Positions 27,601 to 39,004 of a DNA stretch of 64,000 nt are shown one piece after another. The notes under the pieces were generated by a model. It was not told the DNA's origin and ran no database searches. It saw only the letters and a list, made by a program, of their open reading frames with translations. The DNA lies in NCBI RefSeq assembly GCF_044704955.1, contig NW_027252090.1:186001-250000 (forward strand), written 5' to 3'. Each line of letters begins with the position of its first letter. Position 1 is the stretch's first letter. Source of the stretch: Pristiophorus japonicus (taxonomy: Eukaryota). The translations under genes were made by a program, and so were the position numbers.

Positions 27601-28379
27601 CAACAGATTTTTCCACTCTGTTTCTCGCTGAGAGACGCACTGAACTGTGACAGATCGGCATGGGACCAAATTGCAAATTCAAATTAAAGATTGGAAATAA
27701 ATTAAAGAAATCTGGCTGAACGAACATTTTATTTGTGAATGTTAATGATGCTTGTAATCCTGTTCCACCCATCAGAAGCACTGCCATTAATGCAGAACTT
27801 GAGATGGTGACAAAGGAGACACTGACTGGAACTAAATGATCAGCGGATATTTAACCAGCGTGGACAGAACAGAGCGAACAGAGTTTCGCTTCCTCTATTC
27901 AACTCCAAGTGAGAACAAAAGAGGAGAAATTGGCTGATAAAAGGAAGGAATAAAATAATAAAAAATGGACGGAATCTTTTATGATTTCTGAATTATTGCA
28001 TCACAGAAAATAACGGTAAAACATTCACAATAAATAAATATTCATGAACTTCAGGATCTCTGAGATGATTCCAGTGATGCGATGATGGGACTTCCCAGAT
28101 AGGGCTCCCATCTCGCTTCAGGAGTTCACACCAACATCTCCCTAGATTACACTGCTCCCTCCCTCAGTCTAGATATTTAAGGACCAGGTTCGCCTACATT
28201 ACACTACACCCACCTCTGTCGAGAAATTTCATTCGCAGGTTCGCCTAACTTCCAGTGCTCTCACGTCGGTCCAGGGATTTCATTCCGAGAGCCAAATATT
28301 TTACTCCGCTCACGCCTCTGTGATTGGACCTGAGTCTTTGGAAAGAACGTCTGATCTTGGCCGCAACTCCACTTCCGTG

Positions 28380-29130
28380 CCCACTCCACATAACCCTGAA
28401 CTCCCTTCTCGTTTAAAAATCAGTCTATCTCCATTTAATAAGATTCATGGAAGCTGCCTCCACAGCTCTCTGTCGAAGAGAATTCGAAAGATTCACGCCC
28501 CCCTGAGAGAATAAATTGCTTCTCATTTGTGATTTAAATGGGCGATCCGTTTTTATGAACCTATGTCCCCTGTTTCTAGATTTCCCCCACTAGATGAAAC
28601 ATCATCTCTGCGTCTACCCCATCAAGCCCCTATAGAATCTTACACATTTAAATAAGATCACCTCGTAGTTTTCTAAACTCCAATATATACACACCCATCC
28701 TGCTCAACCTTTATTCTTATGACAACATTTTCATCCCAGTAATCAACGTCGTGAACATTCTCTGAACTGCTTCCAATGAAAGTACTCCTTCCTTAACTAA
28801 AGTGATCAAACCTGTACACAATACTCCAGCTTTAGTCTTATCGACAACCTGCATTGTTGTAGCAGGACGTCTATATTCTGTCCCACTTGAAATAAAGCCA
28901 GACATTCTGCTGCCTTTTCTAATTGCTAGCTGTACCTACATGCTAACCTTCTGTGTTTTATGTACAACAACCATTGACCAATCTGGACCACAGCAATTTG
29001 GAATCCCTCCCCATTTAATAATAATTTGCTTATTTATTTTTCATAACAAAGAAGATAACGTCACATTTTCCACATCATACCCCATCTGCCATTGTTGTAG
29101 CCCACCCACTTCGATTATCTATATGCCTTT
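28380..29130 (-). mobile_element. Degenerate CR1 fragment
   Basis: SLEAVQRMFTTLITGM and other decayed ORF2 C-terminal motifs. Confidence 0.75.
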
Positions 29131-29194
29131 GCATATTTTTGCGTCCTTCGCACAACATGCTTTCACACTTATCTTTGTATTATCAGTGCTTCGA

Positions 29195-29610
29195 TGCGCG
29201 TAAACCTGGACAGTTCCATTGGGCGGGCCACATCTTCCGGATGCCTGACACAAGACTCGCAAGCAAGTGCACTTCTCGGAACTCCTACACCGGTGGGCAG
29301 AGAAAACTTTTGATGAAACGATCAAAGCCTCCTTGATAAAATGCAACATTCCAACCAACAGCTGGAAGTCCCTGGCCCATAACTGCCTGAAGTGGAGGAA
29401 GAGCATCCCGGAGGGCGCTGAGCACCTCGAGTCTCGTCGCCGAGAGTATGCAGAGACCAAGCGCAGGAGTAAGAAGGAGCGTGTGGCAAACGAGCCCCAC
29501 GCACCCTTTCCTTCAACCACTCTCTGTCCCACGTGTGACAGAGATTGTATTTCCGTATTGGACTGTTCAGTTACATAAGAACTCATTTTAGAGGAAGCAA
29601 GCCTTCCTCT
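29195..29610 (+). mobile_element. RTE-clade LINE 3' fragment
   Basis: HWAGHIFRMPDTRL, IKASLIKCNIP..W.SLA..WRK and a terminal CxxC (CPTC) motif. Confidence 0.85.
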
Positions 29611-29619
29611 ATTTAAAGA

Positions 29620-30230
29620 TTTAACATTTAATTTAGATTTTCAAAATTATGATGGGTTTTAAGAGAGCGAGTAAGTCACAAATGTTTCCAGTTGCACAAT
29701 GGTGCAGAACCAGAGGAGACAGGTTTAAGGTAATTGACAAAGGAACCACAGGAGAGATGGGAAGAGTGTTCTTTATGCAGTGAGCTGTTGCGATCAGGAA
29801 TGCAATTTGTGAGAACACGGTGGAAGTAGATTCAATCGTTATTTTCGAAAGGGAATTGCTTTATTCGTGGAAGGAGATATATTTACATTTTTCTGGCTAA
29901 AGAGTTGTACATCTGAGAGAGTTCTATCCTAGTGACGGCATGGACACAATGGATCGAGTTGACTTTCTTTGCTGTATTAATCTAACCTTCTATGAGCAAG
30001 AGACAGAGAGAGTGAAATGTAGAGAGACAGAATGAAACTGACAGAGAGTCAGAGAGGAAGTGAGAAACTTACAAAGTGCCAGAATGAATGAGTAAAAGAG
30101 AATAGAGAGAGTATGGCTGGAGGACGAATAGAGGGAAGTAAATTAACATTTATTGGGCAATTGGATAAATACTTGAAGGGGAAAAAATTGCTGGACTATG
30201 GGAATAGAGCAGGGGAATGGGACTAATTGG
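29620..30230 (+). mobile_element. Highly degenerate CR1 3' fragments
   Basis: Remnants such as CAGAACCAGAGGAGACAGGTTTAAGG and GGACTATGGGAATAGAGCAGGGGAATGGGACTAATTGG. Confidence 0.6.
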
Positions 30231-30649
30231 AGGGGGAGAAACCATGGTGGGAGCTGAACACATGGATGAGAATAATAAAAATGAAGCATTATTTAATCGG
30301 GATCCAGTTTTGGTCGAAGAGCAGATTGTTAATGGGTGAACAGGACTTAGAGGAGTTAGGATATGATCAACAAATTATTTAACTGAGCTCTAATTTATAA
30401 TGGACTGTAACTGCGAGGTGGGCAAGGAAAGCATTGCAATGGTCAATTACTGTTCAACAAAGTCACTGGGCTATTGAGACGAAGGAATGAGTTGGGCAGT
30501 ATTATGGAGATGATAGTGGGCAGGACCAGTGATTCAAAGGAGAAGAGGTCAGCACTGAACTCAGGGTAAAACAGAATGCCGAATTTGCGAGCAATCTCGA
30601 TCAGCCTCAGACATTGGCCACAGAGGGGACTAAGTCAATAGATATACAA

Positions 30650-31000
30650 TGTGACGAAGACTTCCAAAGATTTAAGTGACATACTCAGTAATACAGTGAA
30701 ATATAGATTAGAGTTATATTGCTGGATATTGAGACTTACGAGGAACACCAACAACACCAAAGAGTGTGGAATAAATTAAAAGAACACTCGTACAATTAAC
30801 GTATGCACAGTTAATAGCTGGATGCAGAGATGTCCCGGGAACAACAACTGAAGCAAAGATGAGAAAGCAATTTACAAGTCTAGTAATACAGCGAAACATG
30901 GTTTGCAGAGTTAATAGTTGGATACAGAGACTACCAGGAAAAAAAAATGCAGCAAGATGGTGGGAGTAAAATATGAGATAAGTAATACATTGAACCATGG
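30650..31000 (-). other. Tandem diverged ~95-100 bp copies of the exon-1 TM1/donor segment
   Basis: Units end FFFPG|GTAGTC (30935), VVVPG|GGACAT (~30836) and VVGVP C|GTAAGTC (30740), each followed by TCTC..ATCCA(A/G)C..ATTAACT-like sequence; a partial further copy lies near 30650-30710. Confidence 0.7.
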
Positions 31001-31026
31001 TTACTGGAATAACGAGATAGACTTAC

Positions 31027-31186
31027 CAGCAAAACCAACAACAGCAAGGACGGGATAGTAAATGTATTGAATAATACGAAATGCAAAACGCATTCGCAAT
31101 ACGAATGGTAGTTCCTCATAATGTGCAACAAGATAGTTAAAATACAAGATGAAACTCTTGCCATTTGTTGTAACATTCCAATCCAT
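31027..31186 (-). pseudogene. GPR139-like GPCR exon 1 (N-terminus and TM1)
   Basis: ATG at 31186; MDWNVTT...IIQYIYYPVLAVVGFA; phase-1 donor G|GTAAGT at 31027/31026 joins exon 2 in frame (G+TT AAC = V-N). Confidence 0.85.
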
Positions 31187-31782
31187 TTTTTTCAGATTCT
31201 GATTATTGTTGTAACATTCGAATCTACTGTTCTCAGATTCCGACTCGCTCTCTATGGAGCAGTGCGATGATCGCTGTTCGTGCCAGAGGTAATGCTCTCA
31301 ACTGTGACTATGGGGCAACACATTGAAAGGAGTGCCTTATTAATATGAGCGAGAATCACTCCAGTGACACAATTCTGTAAATAGAGACTTATATTAATTA
31401 CAGTCACTGAACAACCTGCTTCTGTAAACCCGTGGAGACTGATATTAATTACAGTCCTGAACAAACATTTTCAATTAACCCCTTCAATCCAACACTTTAT
31501 GTACCACAATAAGTTAGATCTCCTGGAGTAGTTTTGATCACCTGGATAAGTCGGGGCGGAATGTTGCCAGATACTTTTCCCGAAATTGTCCTCGATTTTA
31601 AATAGTTTTTTGCCTCTGCCGGGAGATCACATGGCTCCGGTTGGTTTGGAGTGTAGAATATTTCAGTTTAAGGTGTGTCACAGTTGTGTGGGGCAGTCTG
31701 CTTGTGCTTGGTGATCTTTACGTTTCCTCCATTGTTAATGGTTCAAAAGATTACATGTAAGCTTCAGGGCTGCTGACCGATG

Positions 31783-32562
31783 GGACATCAGTCATTGAAG
31801 GTTGGCATGCAGGTACAGCAGGCGGTTAAGAAAGCAAATGGCATGTTGGCCTTCATAGCGAGGGGATTTGAGTACAGGGGCAGGGAGGTGTTGCTGCAGT
31901 TATACAGGGCCTTGGTGAGGCCACACCTGGAGTACTGTGTACAGTTTTGGTCTCCTAACCTGACGAAGGACATTCTTGCTATTGAGGGCGTGCAACGAAG
32001 GTTCACCAGACTGATTGCCTGGATGGCGGGACTGACCTATCAAGAAAGACTGGATCAACTGGGCTTGTATTCACTGGAGTTCAGAAGAATGAGAGGGGAC
32101 CTCAGAGAAATGTTTAAAATTCTGACGGGGTTAGACAGGTTAGATGCAGGAAGAATGTTCCCAATGTTGGGGAAGTCCAGAACCAGGGGACACAGTCTAA
32201 GGATAAGGGTTAAGCCATTTAGGACCGAGATGAGGAGTAAAGTCTTCACCCAGAGGGTGGTGAACCTGTGGAATGTTGTACCACAGAATGTTGTTGAGGC
32301 CAATTCACTAAATATATTCAAAAAGGAGTTAGATGAATCCTTACTACGAGGGGAATCAAGGGGTATGGTGAGAAAGCAGGAATGGGGTACTGAAGTTGCA
32401 TGTTCAGCCATGAACTCATTGAATGGTGGTGCAGGCTAGAAGGGCCGAATGGCCTACTCCTGCACGTATCTTCTATGTTTCTATGTGAGTCTTTGTCGGC
32501 CGTTGCGGACACGATGGGCCGGAAATGGCCTCCTGTGCTGTAAATTTCTATGTTTCTATGTT
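31783..32562 (+). mobile_element. CR1 LINE 3' fragment, followed by a second short CR1-type 3' end
   Basis: 219-aa ORF2 C-terminal ORF; two (TTCTATGT)n tails at ~32470 and ~32546. Confidence 0.93.
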
Positions 32563-32639
32563 TCCCTATTACTAGTGCGAATGGGATGTATGAGTGTTGC
32601 TGAGTGAAGGATTGATGGAAATAGCTCAGGCCAGAATCA

Positions 32640-33500
32640 TTAATCCTCCTTGGATATGTCAGTGGTGACAGAGGACTGGAGGTTCGCAAATGGTGCACCC
32701 TGTTCAAAAAAGGAAAGCGGGATAACATCTGTAGCTACAGGCCAGTCAGACTAACGTCTGTGGTGGGGAAACTTCTAGAGGCCATAATCCGGTATGAAAT
32801 TATCTGTCAGTTGGAAAAAACTGGATTAATAAATGACAACCGGCACAAATTGTGTTAATGTTGAAGTGTATCTGAAAAACCTGATTCAGTTTTTTGATGT
32901 AATAACCTAACGGTTTGATGAGAGGAGTGCAGCTGATGTTGTGAATAACGACTTTCCAATGGCGTTTGATAAAATGTCACTTCATCGACTTGATAGGGAA
33001 ACTGAACCTCATGGAATTAAAGGGAGAGTAGCTGTGTGGATACAACATTGGCACCGGAACAAATAACAGAGAGTAGTGGTGAAAAATTGGCGTTCAGACA
33101 GAAGGGAAGTATACAGTGTTGAAACCTAGAGTTCTATATTAGTAGCAGTGCTCTTTCTGATAGAGATTAATAGCCAGGACCTAAGTCTAAAGGCATAATT
33201 TCAAATTTGCAGATGTCACGAAACTCAGAAATGCAGTAAGCAGTGGGGAGCACAGCAGACTTCAGGAGCACAGCGATAGTCTGGTTAAATGGAGACACAT
33301 GGCAGGTAAAATTAAACATGTGTGAAGTGATACATTTTGGGAAGGAACATGACAAGAGGCAATACAAGTTAAAAAATAAATGTTTTAAATGGTGTGTTGG
33401 TGCAGAGACACCTGGGAGTCGATGTGCACAAATCTTTGAAGGTGCCAGGGCAAGTTAATAAAACTGTTAAAAACGCAGGAAGAATCTTTGACTTTATGAA
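32640..33500 (+). mobile_element. Old degenerate CR1 RT fragment
   Basis: GAGGACTGGAGG..GCAAAT, TACAGGCCAGTCAG, GACTTTCCAATGGCGTTTGATAA and WQVKLNMCEVIHFG. Confidence 0.75.
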
Positions 33501-33504
33501 TCAT

Positions 33505-33890
33505 CGCGTATGGTAGCAAAGTGATTGTGCTACTGTACTAATGATCCAGAGACCTGGAGTAAAGATCCAATGGCATGAGTTCAGATCGCACCAGCTTTGC
33601 AATTTAAGGTGAATTAAATAAATCTCGAATTAAAATATTGTGTCAGCAATGGTGACCGTGTGGATCTCGATTGTCATTACCCGTCCAGTTCAAAAACGTG
33701 TTTTCGGGATGTAAATCACCCGCCTTTACGTAGACTGGCATAAATATCACCCCAGTCCCACAGCAATATGGTTAACTCTAAATAGCCCTCTCGATGTATC
33801 GATGCATTCACCAGCAGCGTTAAGGTGCAATTTGGGATGGACAATAAATGCTGCCCACACCACCGATTCACACATAATGAAGGTACAATA
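33505..33890 (+). mobile_element. Degenerate tRNA-derived shark SINE
   Basis: A-box/B-box-like head (TGGTAGCAAAGTG...GAGTTCAGATC), body CCCACAGCAATATGGTTAACTCT, and GGGATGGACAATAAATGCTG near the 3' end; resembles a common elasmobranch SINE as recalled, not database-checked. Confidence 0.65.
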
Positions 33891-33979
33891 AAAATCTGTT
33901 AAACATCGGTTTATCTCTGCATGACGATTCGGCAGCACACATTAGGAAAGCCTTGGAGAAGGTGTGGAAGAGATTTAAT

Positions 33980-34692
33980 CACCATCATAGGCAGTACCTC
34001 GAAATCGGGGATTGCTTGCTTCAACTCTAAAAGTGAGTTCTTCGGTGATTGAACATATATGGGAATTACGGTCTCTGTACCAGGTCGGGTAGATAATGGT
34101 AGAGGGAAAGGATGGGTGGGACTGGTTTGCCGCACACTCCTTCCGCTCTCTGCGCTGGTTTGCTGCATGCTCTTGGCGACGAGACTCGAGGTGCTCAGCG
34201 ACCTCCTGGATGCTCTTCCTCCATTAGTGCAGTCTTTGGCCAGGGACTCCCAGCTGTGAGTGGGAATGTTGCTCTTTTTCAAGGAGGCTTTGAGGGTATC
34301 CTTGCAACGTTTGCTGTGCCCACGTGGCGCCTGTTTGTCTTGTAGGAGTTCCAAGTAGAGCGCTTGCTTTGCGAGTCTCGTTTCAGGCATGCGGACAATG
34401 TGGCCCGCCCAGCGGAGCTGATCAATTGTGCTCAGTGCTTCGCTGTGGGGATGCTGGCCTGATCAAGGGCGCTAACGTCTGACATCCCAAGGGATCTGCA
34501 GGATCTTGAGGAGCCATAGGTATTTATCCAGTAATTTGTGGTAACTACTTCATACTATCCACGTTTGTGATCCGTAAAGTAGGCTGGCTATGTCTACATT
34601 CCCGTAGACCATGTGCTTGGTGCCAGATTTTATGGCGTGATCTTCCAACACTCTCTTCCTCAGGTGACCGAAGGCTGCGCTGGTGCACTGGT
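33980..34692 (-). mobile_element. RTE-clade LINE 3' fragment
   Basis: MPETRLAKQALY.EL..KRCKDTLKASLKKSNIP..WESLA; CATCATAGGCAGT tail. Confidence 0.87.
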
Positions 34693-35004
34693 ACCCGCAG
34701 AGAGACTTATAAGGAGACATAAGCAACTGTGATTTTTCCCGTTCGATCAGAGAATATTAACGTGAGATTTAATAGAGGTTTTTAAGACTATGAGGGCTTT
34801 GGATAAAGTAATTGAATAGAAACTCTGCCAGTGGTAAAAGAGTTGTTTACCAGAGGGAAGAGTTTTACGAAAATTAGCAGAGGGTAGATGAGGAGAATTT
34901 GTCTTACACTGCGAGTTTGCATGACTTGGATTGTTCTCGATGAAAATGGGATGGAAGCAGATTTAACAATAACTTTTAAAATTTTCAGATGATATAAAGA
35001 TTAG

Positions 35005-35918
35005 TGGGAAATCGGTTTGTGGAGAGGACACAGAGAGGCTACAAAGAGATTTCGATAAGTTCAGCGAATGGGCTAAGGTTTGGCAAATGGAATACAATGT
35101 CGGAAAATGTGGGGTCATCCACCTTGGAAAAAAAAACAGTAAAAGGGAATATTATTTGAATGGGAAGAAATTATAACATGCTGCGGTAGAGAGGGACCTG
35201 GGGGTCCTTGTGCATGATTCTCAAAAAGTTAGTTTTCAGGTGCAGCAGGTAATCAGGAAGGCGAATGGCATGTTGGCCTTCATTACGAGAGGGATGGAAT
35301 ACAAATGCAGGGAGGTCCTGCTGCAACTGTACAGGGTATTGGCGAGGCCGCACCAGGAGTACTGCGTACAGTTCTGGTCACCTTACTTAAGGTAGGATAT
35401 ACTAGCTTTGGAAGGGGTGCAGAGACGATTCACTAGGCTGATCCCGGAGATGAGGGGGTTACCTTTTGATGATAGATTGAGTAGACTGGGTCTTTACTCG
35501 TTGGAGTTCGGAAGGATGAGGGGTGATCTTATGGAAAAATGTAAAATAATGAAAAGGATAGACAAGATAGAGGTAGAGATGTTGTTTCCACTGGTCGGGG
35601 TGACTAGAACTAGGGGGCACAGCCTCAAAATACGGGGGGTGCAATTTAAACGGAGTTGAGAAGGAATTTCTTCTCCCAGAGGTTTGTGAATCTGTGGAAT
35701 TATCTGCCCAAGGAAGCAGTTGAGGCTAGCTCATTGAATGAAATCAAATCACAGATAGATAGATTTTTAACCATTCAAGGAATTAAGGGTTATGGGGAGA
35801 GGATGGGTAAGTGGAGCTCAGTCCACAATCAGATCAGCCATGATATTGTTGATTGGTGGAGCAGGCTCGAGGGGCTAGATGGCGTACTCCTGTTCCTAAT
35901 TCTTATGTTCTTATGTTC
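35005..35918 (+). mobile_element. CR1 LINE 3' fragment (same subfamily as 39005-41950, uninterrupted at the Tx1 site)
   Basis: QVQQVIRKANGMLAFI, QRRFTRLIPEM; (TTCTTATG)n tail. Confidence 0.93.
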
Positions 35919-36989
35919 AACTGTAATTGGAATCAATACTGGAATTCCGGCATTTGAAGGGATCTGGGAACATAATAGGCCTGTGGGGCTGATTGAATAG
36001 CTCGATCACAGAGCCTGGAGCAGCATGATGAATCGAATGGTCTCTTCTGTGCTGTATGATTCTGTGGTCCTGTGTTAACAGAAGCCATTGACTCTTTGTC
36101 TCGTGTGTGGAATCGAGGCTGTGCTCTTTTTGAGCCTGTTTCTAATCGTTACTTGTGCTCTGATAAATGCAATAGCGGAAAACCAAGCACAGTTTGAAAA
36201 AGAGTTTAAAAAAACTGAAATCATGAAATTATTATGAGACCAAAAATCGGGCCATGATGATAAATTCGCCACCACTAAATCCAATGAGGATTTCAGGAGA
36301 AGCCTCTGTGCCCAGAGAGGTGAGAATGGGGAACCCATCACCAGAGGCAGTGGTTGAGGCGATTAGTACAGAACCATTTGATGGGAAGCGAGATAAACAA
36401 ATCAGGCAGAAAACATTAGAAGCTTCTGCTAATAGGGTAAGATGCAGAGTTGTGGGGATTGTGTGGGGGAAGGCTGGTGGTGTGTGTGCTGCATAAATGG
36501 AGCAGTCGGTCCGAATGTCTGCTTTGTGTGCTGTACGTGATATATCATTTGCTGAGCGGAGCATGAGCCCCGCTCTGATCACATCCCGCGCCGGGATTCA
36601 ATCCACGCATTATAAATCATTGCTCTGATTCCTATTACATTATTTGTATCTATTTCCTCTCAGTATATCAGGGATAAATGTAACTAAATCACAGATGAAG
36701 GTTGCAGCAGAAGAGAAGCTCGGGCAGGAGGGCAGACAGTCAAAGTTAAGAAGGTGCAAATCACGATGGAGACAGAATATGATGCCACCGATGCTTCAAT
36801 CGCAACACTCAGCGCAGAGGAGTGAAGGAAGTGCCTGAGGAACCCGAAACCCAGCCAGAGACAGAAACTACCAGGGTGAACAGAATGAGTTTTGTAATAA
36901 TACGACTGACCAACAAAAGTGCTGCACCTGTGTTAAATGCTCAGCAATTTGAGGCGTGGATAATGAGAACCAGTTCAGGTTAAATTGTT

Positions 36990-37590
36990 CCACCGGCAGG
37001 TACAGCACGGGATTAGATACACAGTAAATTTCTCTCTGCACCGTCCCATCAAACACACCCAGAGCAGGTACAGGGGGTTAGATACAGAGTAAATTTCTCT
37101 CTATACTGTCCCATCAAACACTCCCAGGGCAGATACAGGGGGATAGATACAGGGTAAAGCTCCCTCTACACTGTCCCATCAAACACTCCCAGGGCAGGTA
37201 CAGGGGATTGGACACAGAGTAAAGCTCCCTCTATACTGTCCCATCAAACACTCCCAGGGCAGGTACAGGGGGTTGGACACAGAGTAAATTTCTCTCTACA
37301 CTGGCCCATCAAACACGCCCAGGCCAGGAAAAGCACGGGATTAGATACAGAGTAAAGCTCCTTCTTCACCGTCCCATCAAACACTCCCAGGGCAGGTACA
37401 GCACAGGTTAGATAAAGATTAAAGCTCCCTCTATAATGCCCATCAAATACTTCCAGCGCAGGAACAGCACCGGTTACATTTAGAGTAAACTTCCCTCTAC
37501 ACTGTCCCGATCAAACACTCCCAGGTCAGGTACAGCGGGTTAGATACAAAGGTAATCTCCTGCACAATATCCAATCAAACATTCCTAGGA
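36990..37590 (-). repeat. 65/68-bp minisatellite array, diverged, minus orientation
   Basis: Repeated GTCCCATCAAACACTCCCAGGGCAGGTACAG...TTAGATACAGAGTAAA. Confidence 0.92.
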
Positions 37591-37594
37591 AAGG

Positions 37595-38740
37595 TGTACA
37601 GACTGATACAAAATATTTGTTCAGTGTTTTTGCATTCTCCATATTCCCCATTACTAATTCACCGGCTTGTCCTCTTAGGCACCAACATTTACTTTAGCCA
37701 TTCTTTTCCTTTTCATGTACATATTGAAAACTCTTGCTATCTGAGTTTTATAGATCGTGCTAGTTTACTTTCACAGTCTAACTTCCCTTTCTTCATCATT
37801 TTCAGTCGTTCTTTGCTGGCTTTTCAAAGATTCCCAGGCTTCTGTCCTTCCACTAGTTTTGGCCACTTTGTATGCCCCTGTTTTTAACAGGATACCATCC
37901 TTTATTTCTTTCGTTAGCCACGGATCGCTATCCTTTCTCTTAAACCTTTTCCTCCTCACTGGAATATATTTTTCTTGGAGTTGTGAAATATCTCCTTAAA
38001 TATAGACCACTGTTCATCAATCGTCCTAGAATTTAACTATATTCCCAGTCCACTTTGACCAATTTTGTCCTCATATCTTCATTGTCTATTTTATTTAATC
38101 TTAGTACGCTGGCTTGAGATCCAACTTTCTCACCCTCTATCTGAATTAGAATTTCAATCATGTGATGATCACTCATTCCAAGGGGATCCTTTACAAGGAG
38201 ATTGTTTGTTGACCCAGATCTAAGATAACCTGCCCCCTGGTTGGATCCGTTCTATACTGCTCAAGGAACCCTTCCCATATACACTCTGTGAACTCCTCCT
38301 CAAGGCAACCTGATCAATTTCATTTGTCCAAAGAATATGGAGGTTAAAATCACCCATGATTATTGTTGTTCCCATTTTACAAGCCCCCACTATTTCCTGC
38401 TTTATGTTCCGATCAACAGAGTTGCTACTGTTGGGGGGCCTATAGACTATGCCCACCTGTGACTTTTTCCCCTTATTGTTCCTTATCTCCAGCCAAACTC
38501 TTTCAACATCCTGATCGTTTGAGCCAGTATCGTTTCTTACTATTGCAGTGATTCCATCCTTCATCAATAGAGCTACCTCACCTCCGTTTCCTTTCTGTCT
38601 GTCCTTCAGGATTGTCAAGTACCCCTGAATATTTAATTCCCAGTCCTGGTCGCCTTGCAACCACTTCTCTGTAATGGCTATCAGATCATACCCATTTTCA
38701 TCTATTTTTGCAGTCAACTCATCTATTTTATTACAAATGC
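37595..38740 (-). mobile_element. CR1 ORF2 5' fragment (AP endonuclease and linker)
   Basis: YDLIAITEKWL, GEVALL, VYRPPNS, IMGDFN and PWLTKEIK motifs. Confidence 0.9.
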
Positions 38741-38879
38741 TTTACAAATGTTGTATTCCGCCCAGCAACAAACCCAGGACGCGAAGGTTGGAAAATACCC
38801 AGACTTACAGCGATGCCGGGAGATCCACAGGCGACAATTCCAGCAAGAATATCGGGAACATCCTCACATCTCCCACAAT

Positions 38880-39004
38880 TGTGTCCTGGTCACACCGGGT
38901 CTGAGCAACGCTCCCAACAATAAGGTCCTGATCATCCCGGGTCTGAGCGGGGCTCCTCACAATCAGGTCTTGATCATCCCGGGTCTGAGCCACCCTCCGC
39001 ACAA
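38880..39004. repeat. Three tandem 42-bp repeats
   Basis: GGTCCTGATCATCCCGGGTCTGAGC.....CTCC..ACAAT x3; translates as VLIIPGLSxxPHN. Confidence 0.85.
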
